Shown in pieces: positions 20,521 through 28,462 of a stretch of DNA of 32,733 bases; the first letter of the stretch is position 1, and each line of letters starts with the position of its first letter. The translations under genes were made by a program, and so were the position numbers. Below the pieces are notes generated by a model. The model made no database searches, was not told the origin of the DNA, and saw only the letters and a list, made by a program, of their open reading frames with translations. Origin of the DNA: a virus (taxonomy: Duplodnaviria > Heunggongvirae > Uroviricota > Caudoviricetes); the IMG/VR virus record IMGVR_UViG_2654587685_000006; one strand, written 5' to 3'.

Positions 20521-20913
20521 GGCAGGGCACCCCACCGGAAGGACCCGCACAAATGAGAGCGTTTGTCATTAACATTTACAGATAAGATGACGTACATCAT
20601 TGAAACGCCATTCAGCCATATACCGGCAGCATTCGTAGTTGCACTCCGTAACTCTGCGACTTAGGTTAAAAACATGGCCCTCTTTTGCCACCGGCAAATC
20701 TTCAATGGATTTCCCCTGCCGGTTTTTTATTTTCGTCGATGCATAACATTGCATTTACATCAATAGCGGCTATTGTCATTAGTATGTTGCATCAATGCAT
20801 GGGTGGTATTGGCGGTCTTCGCCGGCCGGTTCTGTGTAGCTGCTCCCTGTGACCGGTTTTTTATTTCTCACATTACAGCACCCCCTTAGAGTGAAGGGCT
20901 GCTGTAATGCCTG

Positions 20914-21312
20914 TTACTCACGAATCAGGCGAGCACTCTTACTATTCATTTCAATACGCGAATACTGCGGATTACCATCAATGATGTCTGTCATTACGAA
21001 CACCTCACCCGGCTGCAGTTCAACTGCACCTTCCGGTGATTTCATACCGGCAAATACCGGACAGCCCGGATGGCGATCATCTTCTGTTGCTTCCAGCATT
21101 GACTCACCAAACCACGCCGTTGTGGCACGACCATCAGCAGCCTTGTAGTGGATCAAGTACTGGTTTTCGCCATCCGCATACTGCGCGCGAGCTTTAACCT
21201 CACCCCATTCATCACTGATGCGCATCTCCACCAGTTGTGACAGTTCAAACTTAAACGGAACAGCCACAGCACCAATTGCAACCGGTTTGTTTTCTGTTTT
21301 TTCCATCATCAT
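20914..21312 (-). CDS. Hypothetical protein (132 aa, soluble), accessory gene between lysis cassette and cos
   Basis: Intact ORF; I do not recognise the family. Followed by a long hairpin at 20871-20909. Confidence 0.5.
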   Translation of the reverse strand: MMMEKTENKPVAIGAVAVPFKFELSQLVEMRISDEWGEVKARAQYADGENQYLIHYKAADGRATTAWFGESMLEATEDDRHPGCPVFAGMKSPEGAVELQPGEVFVMTDIIDGNPQYSRIEMNSKSARLIRE

Positions 21313-21368
21313 CTCCAGATATAAAAAAGCCCCGCATTTGCGGGGCTACAAACAGGCATCACAGCCAG

Positions 21369-21584
21369 TTAGCTAAGTCCGACAGACATAAAATCATCAC
21401 TACCTAAACGATGGGAACCATAACGAACTTCATACTCCCCATTCAATTCAGAGCGTTTAGACTTTGCGCCATCCTCCGTTGCATAAATGCCGACCAGATG
21501 CCAGGGTTTGTCACGTACTACAGCCCAACCAAGAACCCATCCCTGATTATCAGGCTCAGCCTTCAGGTTATTTTCTACAAACAT
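21369..21584 (-). CDS. Hypothetical small protein (about 71 aa)
   Basis: Preferred start MFVENNLKAEP with AAGGAGAA SD; family not recognised. Confidence 0.4.
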   Translation of the reverse strand: MFVENNLKAEPDNQGWVLGWAVVRDKPWHLVGIYATEDGAKSKRSELNGEYEVRYGSHRLGSDDFMSVGLS

Positions 21585-21624
21585 AGTGTTCTCCTTTTGG
21601 GTACCCAGAGACATTCTATGTCAT

Positions 21625-21849
21625 TCATGAAACAGGCAACAACGTGGCCGTTACAATCCCTGCCATATTTGCGTTCAGATCACATTCAACAGAAATTTCT
21701 TCATCCGTGGCATCCACTTCATATGTCCGGGAATAACACTCCGTGCATTTACCACTGAAGATATCCTTAACCAGAACACGTCCACGCTGCAAAACCCTAA
21801 ATGGAATCGTTCCGTTAAAGGGCTTTACGGTTACCAGTAATCTCTTCAT
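21625..21849 (-). CDS. Hypothetical small protein (about 74 aa)
   Basis: Preferred start MKRLLVTVKPF... with GGAGGGG SD; family not recognised. Confidence 0.4.
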   Translation of the reverse strand: MKRLLVTVKPFNGTIPFRVLQRGRVLVKDIFSGKCTECYSRTYEVDATDEEISVECDLNANMAGIVTATLLPVS

Positions 21850-22023
21850 ATCCCCTCCGGATAAAAATGCCCCTTGCCGCCCGGGCTGTTGTTCAAAGTT
21901 CATCCTGATTCGGGCAAGATTCAGAATGTATAAGACAAATTGGCACACACAGCAGAATTTCATGCTTTCTGGACGCTGGCGCATCCTTCATTTTTCAGCG
22001 AAATATTCTGCTCTTACGGGCGA

Positions 22024-22206
22024 TCAGCTCTGCAGACACTGTCGAACACCGTCGACAATTTCGCAGACCTGAGAAGCCGTATCGAAAAGCTGGCGCGCCT
22101 TATCCAGGCTGACGCACCCCCCCAATAAAAAAGGCACCAGTATCGCTACCAGTGCCCATTTCGCCGCCGTTCGCGGCATTCTGTGTGTCCAGTGTTTTCG
22201 CGTCAT
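22024..22206 (-). CDS. Small predicted lipoprotein (about 60 aa)
   Basis: MTRKHWTHRMPRTAAKWALVAILVPFLLGGC: positively charged n-region, hydrophobic core, L-G-G-C lipobox; short Cys-containing mature part. Not similar to lambda Bor or Rz1 as recalled. Confidence 0.5.
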   Translation of the reverse strand: MTRKHWTHRMPRTAAKWALVAILVPFLLGGCVSLDKARQLFDTASQVCEIVDGVRQCLQS

Positions 22207-22214
22207 ATCACCAC

Positions 22215-22331
22215 TCACGATTTCAGAGCAACAATCAATTTTGCCAGCCCATACAGTATCGGAGACACGGCGATGCCAACCGCCACCCACTTAATGGCAA
22301 AAGCCACCGCCCGAATAAAATCAGCACTCAT
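22215..22331 (-). CDS. Possible small single-TM peptide (38 aa)
   Basis: MSADFIRAVAFAIKWVAVGIAVSPILYGLAKLIVALKS; weak SD; immediately upstream of the lipoprotein gene. Confidence 0.25.
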   Translation of the reverse strand: MSADFIRAVAFAIKWVAVGIAVSPILYGLAKLIVALKS

Positions 22332-22560
22332 CTGTTTAAATAAATTGTTGTGTATGCAACCAGTGCGGTACAAATAATCCATGCAACTGGCGTTAGTATG
22401 CGTCTGATGCCCCGGCATACCGCGATGATTTTTGCGGCATCATCAGCCCCTCTGCGGGGTGGTTTCTGCTTTTATCATCAGATCATCTCCAAATTTATCT
22501 TTCGTCGTGTTAGGCTTTACTGGCATGAATGATCCCCATGCGCATTCACAAAATGAATCC

Positions 22561-22597
22561 ATAAACACAAAGCCCCGATTGCTCCAACAACCGGGGC
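22561..22597 (-). terminator. Rho-independent terminator just after the endolysin gene
   Basis: Minus-strand GCCCCGG-(loop)-CGGGGC followed by TTTGTGTTTAT, starting a few nt after the endolysin TAA stop. Confidence 0.5.
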
Positions 22598-22607
22598 TTT
22601 GCCTTAT

Positions 22608-22991
22608 TTATCGTTTCAGCTGAAAGTGAGCCCCGTCCTTTAACGACCGCCACTCACCGCCCCATTCGATGGCGGTTCCCAGCTCTGCGGCAGCCTGCTT
22701 AAATGCCTGCGCGATTTTCTCGTACAGAGGCCAGTCCCATGACACCTGGCTACCAACCCAGGCAACAACATCCACCGCATCACCGGTCAGGTGGCGGCTG
22801 TTCATGGTCTGGCTTTTCCCTTCCGCGACCAGCTGTTTCTGGCGCTCTTTCGTGCGCAGCCCTTCCGTAATACCGAAATCAACCTCCGTCAGCTCCAGCG
22901 CACGGCGAACGACAGCAACCAGCTGTAGTTTAACGCCCTCCAGATTTTTTTCACTGCGACGACTGAATCTGAATTTACCCGACATGCTCAC
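22608..22991 (-). CDS. Endolysin, peptidase M15-like (L-alanyl-D-glutamate peptidase type)
   Basis: 127 aa, no signal peptide; SRHLTGDAVDV gives an H-x6-D zinc-ligand spacing and there is a C-terminal GAHFQ His, consistent with the M15/VanY-like fold; follows two small membrane-protein genes with a 4-nt overlap. Confidence 0.7.
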   Translation of the reverse strand: MSMSGKFRFSRRSEKNLEGVKLQLVAVVRRALELTEVDFGITEGLRTKERQKQLVAEGKSQTMNSRHLTGDAVDVVAWVGSQVSWDWPLYEKIAQAFKQAAAELGTAIEWGGEWRSLKDGAHFQLKR

Positions 22992-23263
22992 CTCCTGAAT
23001 GAAAGGATTTTTGAAACGTTCCCGCGTGCACGTATCACCAGCACGCAGAACAGCAGATTAAGCCCCACCGCCAGCCAGTTCGCCGCTAACGGGCGACCAC
23101 ACAGATAGCTGAGGGGCGCAAAGGCATACAGCAGCATCAGCAGCCAGGCCAGCCATGACATCAGCGGCTTATGTCTGGAATCGCGACGACGATAAAAAAA
23201 GAGCGTCAGCACGATAACCGTGCATAACGCCACATTCAGCAATCCGGGAAGGTTACTTAACAT
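22988..23263 (-). CDS. Small 3-TM membrane protein (holin/antiholin-like)
   Basis: About 91 aa from MLSNLPGLLNVALCTVIVLTLFFY...; three hydrophobic segments; GGAGGTG SD 6 nt upstream. Confidence 0.5.
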   Translation of the reverse strand: MLSNLPGLLNVALCTVIVLTLFFYRRRDSRHKPLMSWLAWLLMLLYAFAPLSYLCGRPLAANWLAVGLNLLFCVLVIRARGNVSKILSFRR

Positions 23264-23645
23264 TGCCGCCACCTCCGCCCCGCAGGCGGGAGAACACACC
23301 GGACGCCAGCGATGCAATATCCTGCTGGTGGATGAACGACAGAATCTTCACCGACACCACCGATACCAGCACCGCACACAGCGCATCTGCCGATGTACCG
23401 TCATACCCTGTTTTTGATGCAATCCAGGCTGACAGCACGCGCGCCCCCAGCACGCCGACGATAAACGACACCAAAAAATGCGCCACCACACGCCAGACTG
23501 AAAGCGCCTGCGGCATCGTTGCCACAAATAACGCCCCGGCGAACGCACCAAACACAATCCCGAAATCCGTTCCGGTAAACAGCCCGAATACCGTCGCCCC
23601 ACCGAGCGCCGCAGCCGTGCCGGAACCAGATAAGGGTTCAGACAT
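23253..23645 (-). CDS. Putative holin (multi-TM, Gly/Ala-rich)
   Basis: MSEPLSGSGTAAALGGATVFGLFTGTDFGIVFGAFAGALFVA...; three to four TM segments; first gene of the lysis cassette; AGGAGA SD. Confidence 0.55.
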   Translation of the reverse strand: MSEPLSGSGTAAALGGATVFGLFTGTDFGIVFGAFAGALFVATMPQALSVWRVVAHFLVSFIVGVLGARVLSAWIASKTGYDGTSADALCAVLVSVVSVKILSFIHQQDIASLASGVFSRLRGGGGGNVK

Positions 23646-23660
23646 ACGTTTTTCTCCTGT

Positions 23661-23686
23661 AAATAAAAAAGGGCCACCAGCGGCCC
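23661..23686 (-). terminator. Hairpin plus T-run immediately upstream of holin RBS
   Basis: Minus-strand GGGCC-gctggt-GGCCC followed by TTTTTTATTT. Confidence 0.4.
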
Positions 23687-23807
23687 GTAAAAACACCCCG
23701 TCAAAGGCGCCCGCAGATGCCTTTTGCGCGGCGTTATTTGATGTGATATGCGCCGGGTGTGGCGAGGATATGAAAAAGGCCCGCCGTAGCGAGCCATGAA
23801 AAAAATG

Positions 23808-23834
23808 AATAAAAAAAACCGCCTGGTGCGGCGG
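23808..23834 (-). terminator. Rho-independent terminator downstream of tRNA cluster
   Basis: Minus-strand CCGCC-gcacca-GGCGG followed by T8. Confidence 0.5.
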
Positions 23835-24109
23835 TTAAGGATGTATTTCCAAGTTTTGCTTAGTACGCGATTAATCTCAACGTTATTCTGAGCGATGCTT
23901 ACAACATCAGAATGATGCATTACCGACCCTGCCAGGAAATACAAAATCTCCACCGATAATGCACCATTCTGCTGTCGTAAAAAAATCAGCACTGAGGCTA
24001 ACCTGGCCTCAAATCATAGCCAGAGAACAGAATGTCTCTTAAAACAACCTGCTCCCACGTAATAAAAAATACGCCAGTGCTGCAATACAATAAGGCTTAT
24101 TTCAAATGC

Positions 24110-24184
<75 letters not shown>

Positions 24185-24187
24185 ATA

Positions 24188-24263
<76 letters not shown>

Positions 24264-24265
24264 AC

Positions 24266-24342
24266 TGGCCCGCCACCGAGGACTCGAACCTCGCACCATC
24301 AACTTAGAAGGTTGATGCTCTATCCGGATGAGCTAGTAGCGG
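24266..24342 (-). tRNA. tRNA-Arg (anticodon UCU)
   Basis: CCGCTACTAGCTCATCCGGATAGAGCATCAACCTTCTAAGTTGATGGTGCGAGGTTCGAGTCCTCGGTGGCGGGCCA; anticodon loop CUUCUAA; reads AGA/AGG. Confidence 0.85.
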
Positions 24343-24343
24343 C

Positions 24344-24419
24344 TGGTGGCCCTTGCTGGATTTGAACCAGCGACCTGGCGATTATGAGTCGCTCGCTCTC
24401 ACCACTGAGCTAAAGGGCC
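24344..24419 (-). tRNA. tRNA-Ile2-like (anticodon CAU, probably lysidine-modified to read AUA; Met not excluded)
   Basis: GGCCCTTTAGCTCAGTGGTGAGAGCGAGCGACTCATAATCGCCAGGTCGCTGGTTCAAATCCAGCAAGGGCCACCA; body resembles E. coli ileX/ileY-type tRNA as recalled. Confidence 0.8.
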
Positions 24420-24468
24420 GGGAGCAGAATAATAATGGTGCGTAATTAATTCTGCAATCTCATCCGTT

Positions 24469-25518
24469 TCAAACGATTAAATCCTGAACTTCCCTGACTG
24501 TCTGTTCAAAACATCCTGTCTCCAGCTCAACACCAATCGCACAACGCCCCAGTGCCATCGCCGCTTTTACCGTTGAGCCTGAACCCATAAAAAAATCTGC
24601 AACCAGGTCTCCCGGACGACTGCTCGCGTTGATTATCTGCTGCAGCATTTCTGCCGGTTTTTCGCACGGATGTTTCCCTGGATAGTACTGCACCGGTTTA
24701 TGCGTCCAGACATCGGTGTACGGAACCTGCGCCGTCACACCGAAATACCGCCGCAAATTTTTATATTCACTCAGCAATTCCGTATACTGCCGGTTCAGCT
24801 CACTGTATGTGCTGACCAGCTGGTGGTGTGGTTTTTCCAGTTCCCCGCGCTGATGTTTTTCTGCCGCAACACGCGCAAACAACGCCTGCAATTTGTTGTA
24901 ATCACCCTCGTTCGGTAACTGCCACTGACTGGTACCAAACCAGTGCGAAGCCATGTTTTTCTTTCCGGTGGCTTCCGCTATCTGTTTTGACGTTATTCCC
25001 AGTGATTTACGCGCATCACGAAAGTAAGAAATCAGCGGGGCCATGACGTGCTGTTTTAGCTCGCGCCCCTGCTCCACATAGCCATCATCTTTCGGGCGAT
25101 ACGGTCCCTGATAATGTTCTGCAAACAGAATGCGCTCTGTTGCCGGAAAATACGCCCGCAGACTTTCCTTATTGCACCCGTTCCAGCGTCCGGACGGCTT
25201 CGCCCAGATAATGTGGTTCAGCACATTAAAGCGCTCACGCATCATGATTTCGGTGTCAGATGCCAGGCGATGACCACAGAACAGGTAAAGACTTCCGGCA
25301 GGCTTCAGTACCCGCCAGAACTGCGCCAGACACTGGTCCAGCCATTTCAGGTAATCATCGTCGCCCTCCCACTGGTTATCCCAGCCCTCGGGCTTCACTT
25401 TAAAGTATGGCGGGTCTGTGACTATCAGATCGACAGAATTTTCCGGTAATGTCTGGATAAATTCCAGGCAATCAGCGTTGATTAACTCACAACTGGATAT
25501 TTTTACAGTATTGGCCAT
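24469..25518 (-). CDS. Orphan DNA amino-methyltransferase (N6-adenine/N4-cytosine class)
   Basis: 349 aa; catalytic motif IV DPPY (LIVTDPPYF) near the N-terminus and AdoMet motif I FxGxG (DFFMGSGST) near the C-terminus; no adjacent restriction endonuclease gene. Confidence 0.85.
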   Translation of the reverse strand: MANTVKISSCELINADCLEFIQTLPENSVDLIVTDPPYFKVKPEGWDNQWEGDDDYLKWLDQCLAQFWRVLKPAGSLYLFCGHRLASDTEIMMRERFNVLNHIIWAKPSGRWNGCNKESLRAYFPATERILFAEHYQGPYRPKDDGYVEQGRELKQHVMAPLISYFRDARKSLGITSKQIAEATGKKNMASHWFGTSQWQLPNEGDYNKLQALFARVAAEKHQRGELEKPHHQLVSTYSELNRQYTELLSEYKNLRRYFGVTAQVPYTDVWTHKPVQYYPGKHPCEKPAEMLQQIINASSRPGDLVADFFMGSGSTVKAAMALGRCAIGVELETGCFEQTVREVQDLIV

Positions 25519-25668
25519 AGATCAATAAGCACTTCTCTGATAGGCTCATACCGCTTTTGCGCAAAGCAGATGGGCCTGAGGTTTGCTTGTGACCCCAACG
25601 CATGAGCAGATGGCTGGCGGGTGCCGCTAACACCCACCAGCCGCCCATTACCACAAATTAAAAAACCT

Positions 25669-25866
25669 TCACTGAGGAAGGCGTCTGTAACAACCGAACT
25701 GATAATCTGCCAGACCCGCCATAACAAGCTGAGTCAGTATTAACTGGCAGCGTTCGCGTGAAAGGTAAGTATTCTGCGCAATTTCCCCGACGGTCGCCGG
25801 TTCGGTGACGCTTAATTCATTAAACACCACTCTGGCGGTTTCGGTCATATCCTGCTGTTTTAGCAT
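25669..25866 (-). CDS. Small hypothetical protein, possible winged-helix DNA-binding fold
   Basis: MLKQQDMTETARVVFNELSVTEPATVGEIAQNTYLSRERCQLILTQLVMAGLADYQFG...; start uncertain, because the upstream ATG at 25989 lies within the T-tract of the terminator at 25988-26013. Confidence 0.35.
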   Translation of the reverse strand: MLKQQDMTETARVVFNELSVTEPATVGEIAQNTYLSRERCQLILTQLVMAGLADYQFGCYRRLPQ

Positions 25867-25987
25867 GCCTTTTTCCCTTTTCCGGTTAACGTGACATACC
25901 AATACCTCTTGTCGAAAAAGCCAGCAAGCTGAAAGACCAGTATTCACAACTACCAGCGCGTTTAATGTTCTGTGCCGTTTTTCAGAC

Positions 25988-26013
25988 ATAAAAAAACCCG
26001 CATAACGCGGGTT
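25988..26013 (-). terminator. Rho-independent terminator about 85 nt downstream of Q (candidate tR')
   Basis: Minus-strand ACCCGC-gttat-GCGGGT followed by TTTTTTTAT. Confidence 0.45.
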
Positions 26014-26097
26014 CTTTCAGGTGTCCATGTCTGCTATTCGCCTCGCGGTATAGCTTTGCGAAGCGTAGCTGGATTGAAACAGTTTATGCGTAAAAAA

Positions 26098-26652
26098 TCA
26101 AGACATTTTTTGAGCAAACGATTCTCGCATAGGGATGTATAGCGCATATTCAGCAACAGCCAACCAATTAGCAATTCGCTTTTCGCATGTACTAAAACAC
26201 CATTCCGGGTGCACCTCATTCAACAATTCAGCCATTTTGCGTTTACTCATCCCCCGCCCTTCGTACCTTTGCCGCAGGATATCAATCAATCCAGGATAAC
26301 GTGCAAGCGCTTTACTTATCACCCCATCAATGCGTAACGCCTCTGCATCAGAACAGTGAGACAACCAGCTCTTCTGTCTGCCAGCGATCATCTCTCGCAA
26401 GAATGCTTCCAGCTCTGGTTTATCAATCCCTGACTCCCTGATTCTACGCAGGGCTTCATTGATCGCGGTTTTTGTCAGTTTTTTGGATGTCAGCAACTGA
26501 TTGAACATATTTCCTGTTTTGCCACCACCTATATACGACCAACGCCCCCACATCCGTAATTTCCCCTGGATCCAGACGGCTTCCAGCGTTTTTAGACGTA
26601 AATGCTCGCCGCTTTTGCCTGTAATTTCCGGGTATATCATATTTACGATCAC
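26098..26652 (-). CDS. Late-gene antitermination protein Q-like
   Basis: 184-aa ORF in the Q position (after rusA, before late terminator and lysis genes); unrelated in sequence to lambda Q but resembles other lambdoid prophage antiterminators as recalled. Assignment by position plus recollection only. Confidence 0.55.
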   Translation of the reverse strand: MIVNMIYPEITGKSGEHLRLKTLEAVWIQGKLRMWGRWSYIGGGKTGNMFNQLLTSKKLTKTAINEALRRIRESGIDKPELEAFLREMIAGRQKSWLSHCSDAEALRIDGVISKALARYPGLIDILRQRYEGRGMSKRKMAELLNEVHPEWCFSTCEKRIANWLAVAEYALYIPMRESFAQKMS

Positions 26653-27017
26653 TCACTCTCAATTTTGTAAATCTTCACGCCCAGCCGCCCCCCCCCAGGA
26701 ACGCGCTGACCGCGCACAATATTGATTTCATCAAACTGCTCGTCGTCTATGAGAAGTCCGGCATGCGTCAGCGCATCCAGTGGTGCTTTCAGGATATTGT
26801 CCAGGTCACGACGACGTTTATCCGGTGGCTCTGCAATAATTTTTATTGCCAGCCTTCCGGACAGGTTTAATTTCAGTCGCTGCTGGCGAACAATGAGCGC
26901 CACATCACGGCGATAACGCTCACCGGCTTTTGATACAAAATATGTACTGCCACGACGTCGCCAGTAGGTGTTCACCGTCGGCGGGTAAGGCAAAACAAAT
27001 TCTATGCGTTCAGTCAT
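26649..27017 (-). CDS. rusA: Holliday junction resolvase RusA
   Basis: MTERIEFVLPYPPTVNTYWRRRG...DKRRRDLDNILKAPLDALTHAGLLIDDEQ...; conserved RRRDLDN and P-P-x-N-x-Y motifs of the RusA family. Confidence 0.85.
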   Translation of the reverse strand: MTERIEFVLPYPPTVNTYWRRRGSTYFVSKAGERYRRDVALIVRQQRLKLNLSGRLAIKIIAEPPDKRRRDLDNILKAPLDALTHAGLLIDDEQFDEINIVRGQRVPGGGRLGVKIYKIESE

Positions 27018-28073
27018 TCATGCTTTCCACTTCAGGACACCCGAATTTCTCGCGTGCATTAAAAAACGAATCAGCAACAACAGCTGGCTGCCGTGTTTTT
27101 CTTCAAAATCTTTTACCCCGGCGTGCAGTTCGTTATGACATTTACGGCACAGCGGAATAACAAACAAATCATCAGCCTTTGTTCCCATCCCTCCCAGTCC
27201 ATGACCAATGATGTGATGCGGATCATCTGCCTGATTACCGCACGTCATGCATTTCTGCGTTTTTACCCAGCGCGTGTATACAGGCATCTCTTCCCGTTGT
27301 GGTTTCTGGCGCTGGAGATACTGAGCCGGTGACTCCGGATCAACGGCAATGCTTACCACCGTCTTTTCCTGTGGCGGGTTTTGCTGGTGGGCGTGAGGCA
27401 GTGGCGCAATACTTTTTGTGCGCTGCTTCAGCATGCTGGTGGCGGTCTGCTCTCCCGGCACGATGTCGCTCTCGCGGTATACTGAGCGAATTTTTTCCGC
27501 GCGTAATCCCAGCGAACGACGTAACACCGTCTCCGGTAGTGCGTCCGCTACGTTATTTATGGTTGCCCACCAGGATAATTCAGCCAGCGATAATTCCCGC
27601 TCCTGCGTGCCATTCATTGCGTGGCGGATGACATCAATCATCCATGCTGACAGGTTTTGGTGAGCAAGTTGCTCGAGTGATTCGGATGTCTGGTCACGCA
27701 GCTGGTTGTCGCAGTGCCAGCACAACACCATTGCGCCGGTACCATAACGGTGAATGACGGTTTCGCTGTGATGATAATCGCCGTGTGGCCACTGGCAGGA
27801 TTTAATATGGCGCAACAGCCAGTCAGACAATGCACCAGCACCAGCAGCAGCACGAATCACCCGTGCGTTACTGAAAAACGGCAGCAATGTTTTGTCTTCC
27901 ACCAGCGGCTGGCGAACGGCAGGGACGACTCCGGATGGCAGGCCGCACATGCTTTTCGGTTCCGGCTCCACCAGCACTCGAGGATTGTGAAATACCTGCA
28001 TGGATTCACGACCTGGCTTAAGGACCACCAGCCCGAGTTCCGGTACCAGAACGGGTCGAAGTAATACCCGCAC
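27018..28073 (-). CDS. DUF968-like prophage protein with C-terminal Cys/His zinc-binding motif
   Basis: 351 aa; C-terminal ...KCMTCGNQADDPHHIIGHGLGGMGTKADDLFVIPLCRKCHNELHAG... (CxxC ... CxxCHxxxH); typical of nin-region prophage proteins as recalled. Confidence 0.5.
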   Translation of the reverse strand: MRVLLRPVLVPELGLVVLKPGRESMQVFHNPRVLVEPEPKSMCGLPSGVVPAVRQPLVEDKTLLPFFSNARVIRAAAGAGALSDWLLRHIKSCQWPHGDYHHSETVIHRYGTGAMVLCWHCDNQLRDQTSESLEQLAHQNLSAWMIDVIRHAMNGTQERELSLAELSWWATINNVADALPETVLRRSLGLRAEKIRSVYRESDIVPGEQTATSMLKQRTKSIAPLPHAHQQNPPQEKTVVSIAVDPESPAQYLQRQKPQREEMPVYTRWVKTQKCMTCGNQADDPHHIIGHGLGGMGTKADDLFVIPLCRKCHNELHAGVKDFEEKHGSQLLLLIRFLMHARNSGVLKWKA

Positions 28074-28074
28074 G

Positions 28075-28347
28075 TTACCTCCAGATCCGTTGCTGGAATG
28101 TGCGGGACGGACGCGGTGGGCGTTCGGAGTAAGGGAGCCTGACGTAGATTATCCAGTGACGATAATCGAGGCTGAGGGCTTTCTTAATCTCGTATCCGCG
28201 TCTGCGGTAGTTATGAATTAGCCATTCGGCCTGTTCTTCAGTACATGGTGGGTGTTGGTACCAGTCGGTTTTAAATGCGTGTGAACGCCGCCCATGCCGG
28301 ATGGCAAGGTCGGTATCAGAATTGTGAAATTTGGTTTTGTGCGCCAT
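28075..28347 (-). CDS. Hypothetical nin-region protein
   Basis: Preferred start MAHKTKFHNSDTDLAIRHGRR...; basic protein, family not recognised; start uncertain. Confidence 0.3.
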   Translation of the reverse strand: MAHKTKFHNSDTDLAIRHGRRSHAFKTDWYQHPPCTEEQAEWLIHNYRRRGYEIKKALSLDYRHWIIYVRLPYSERPPRPSRTFQQRIWR

Positions 28348-28417
28348 CGGTTGTCTCTGCTGGCGCAGCAGGTGCCAGTTGTTCAGGCTGGCGTGCGAAT
28401 TGTAAACCAGAATGCCA

Positions 28418-28448
28418 GGAAAAAACAAAACCCGCCGAAGCGGGTTTT
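28418..28448 (-). terminator. Hairpin terminator after the Doc toxin gene
   Basis: CCCGC-UUCG-GCGGG hairpin with U-tracts on both sides; the same hairpin sequence recurs at 29271-29291. Confidence 0.45.
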
Positions 28449-28462
28449 CATTGGAAGCACCT

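Noticed and set aside
20387-20754. Two roughly 60-aa minus-strand ORFs around and upstream of cos
   Set aside because: They overlap the cos region, lack convincing ribosome-binding sites and have no recognisable features; more likely chance ORFs in an AT-rich regulatory region.
23263-23799. 178-aa plus-strand ORF
   Set aside because: Antisense to the two holin-like genes; Pro/Ala/Thr-rich low-complexity product.
23348-23992. 214-aa minus-strand ORF overlapping the holin gene
   Set aside because: Alternative frame across the holin gene and the upstream terminator-containing intergenic region; Arg/Cys/Trp-rich; the holin frame has the good RBS and TM pattern.
24344-24419. Reading the CAU-anticodon tRNA as elongator or initiator tRNA-Met
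   Set aside because: The body resembles ileX/ileY-type tRNA-Ile2 as recalled and lacks the initiator features I would expect; kept as Ile2-like, with Met not formally excluded.
26034-26219. 61-aa minus-strand ORF
   Set aside because: Alternative frame overlapping the 3' end of the Q-like gene and the candidate late promoter region.
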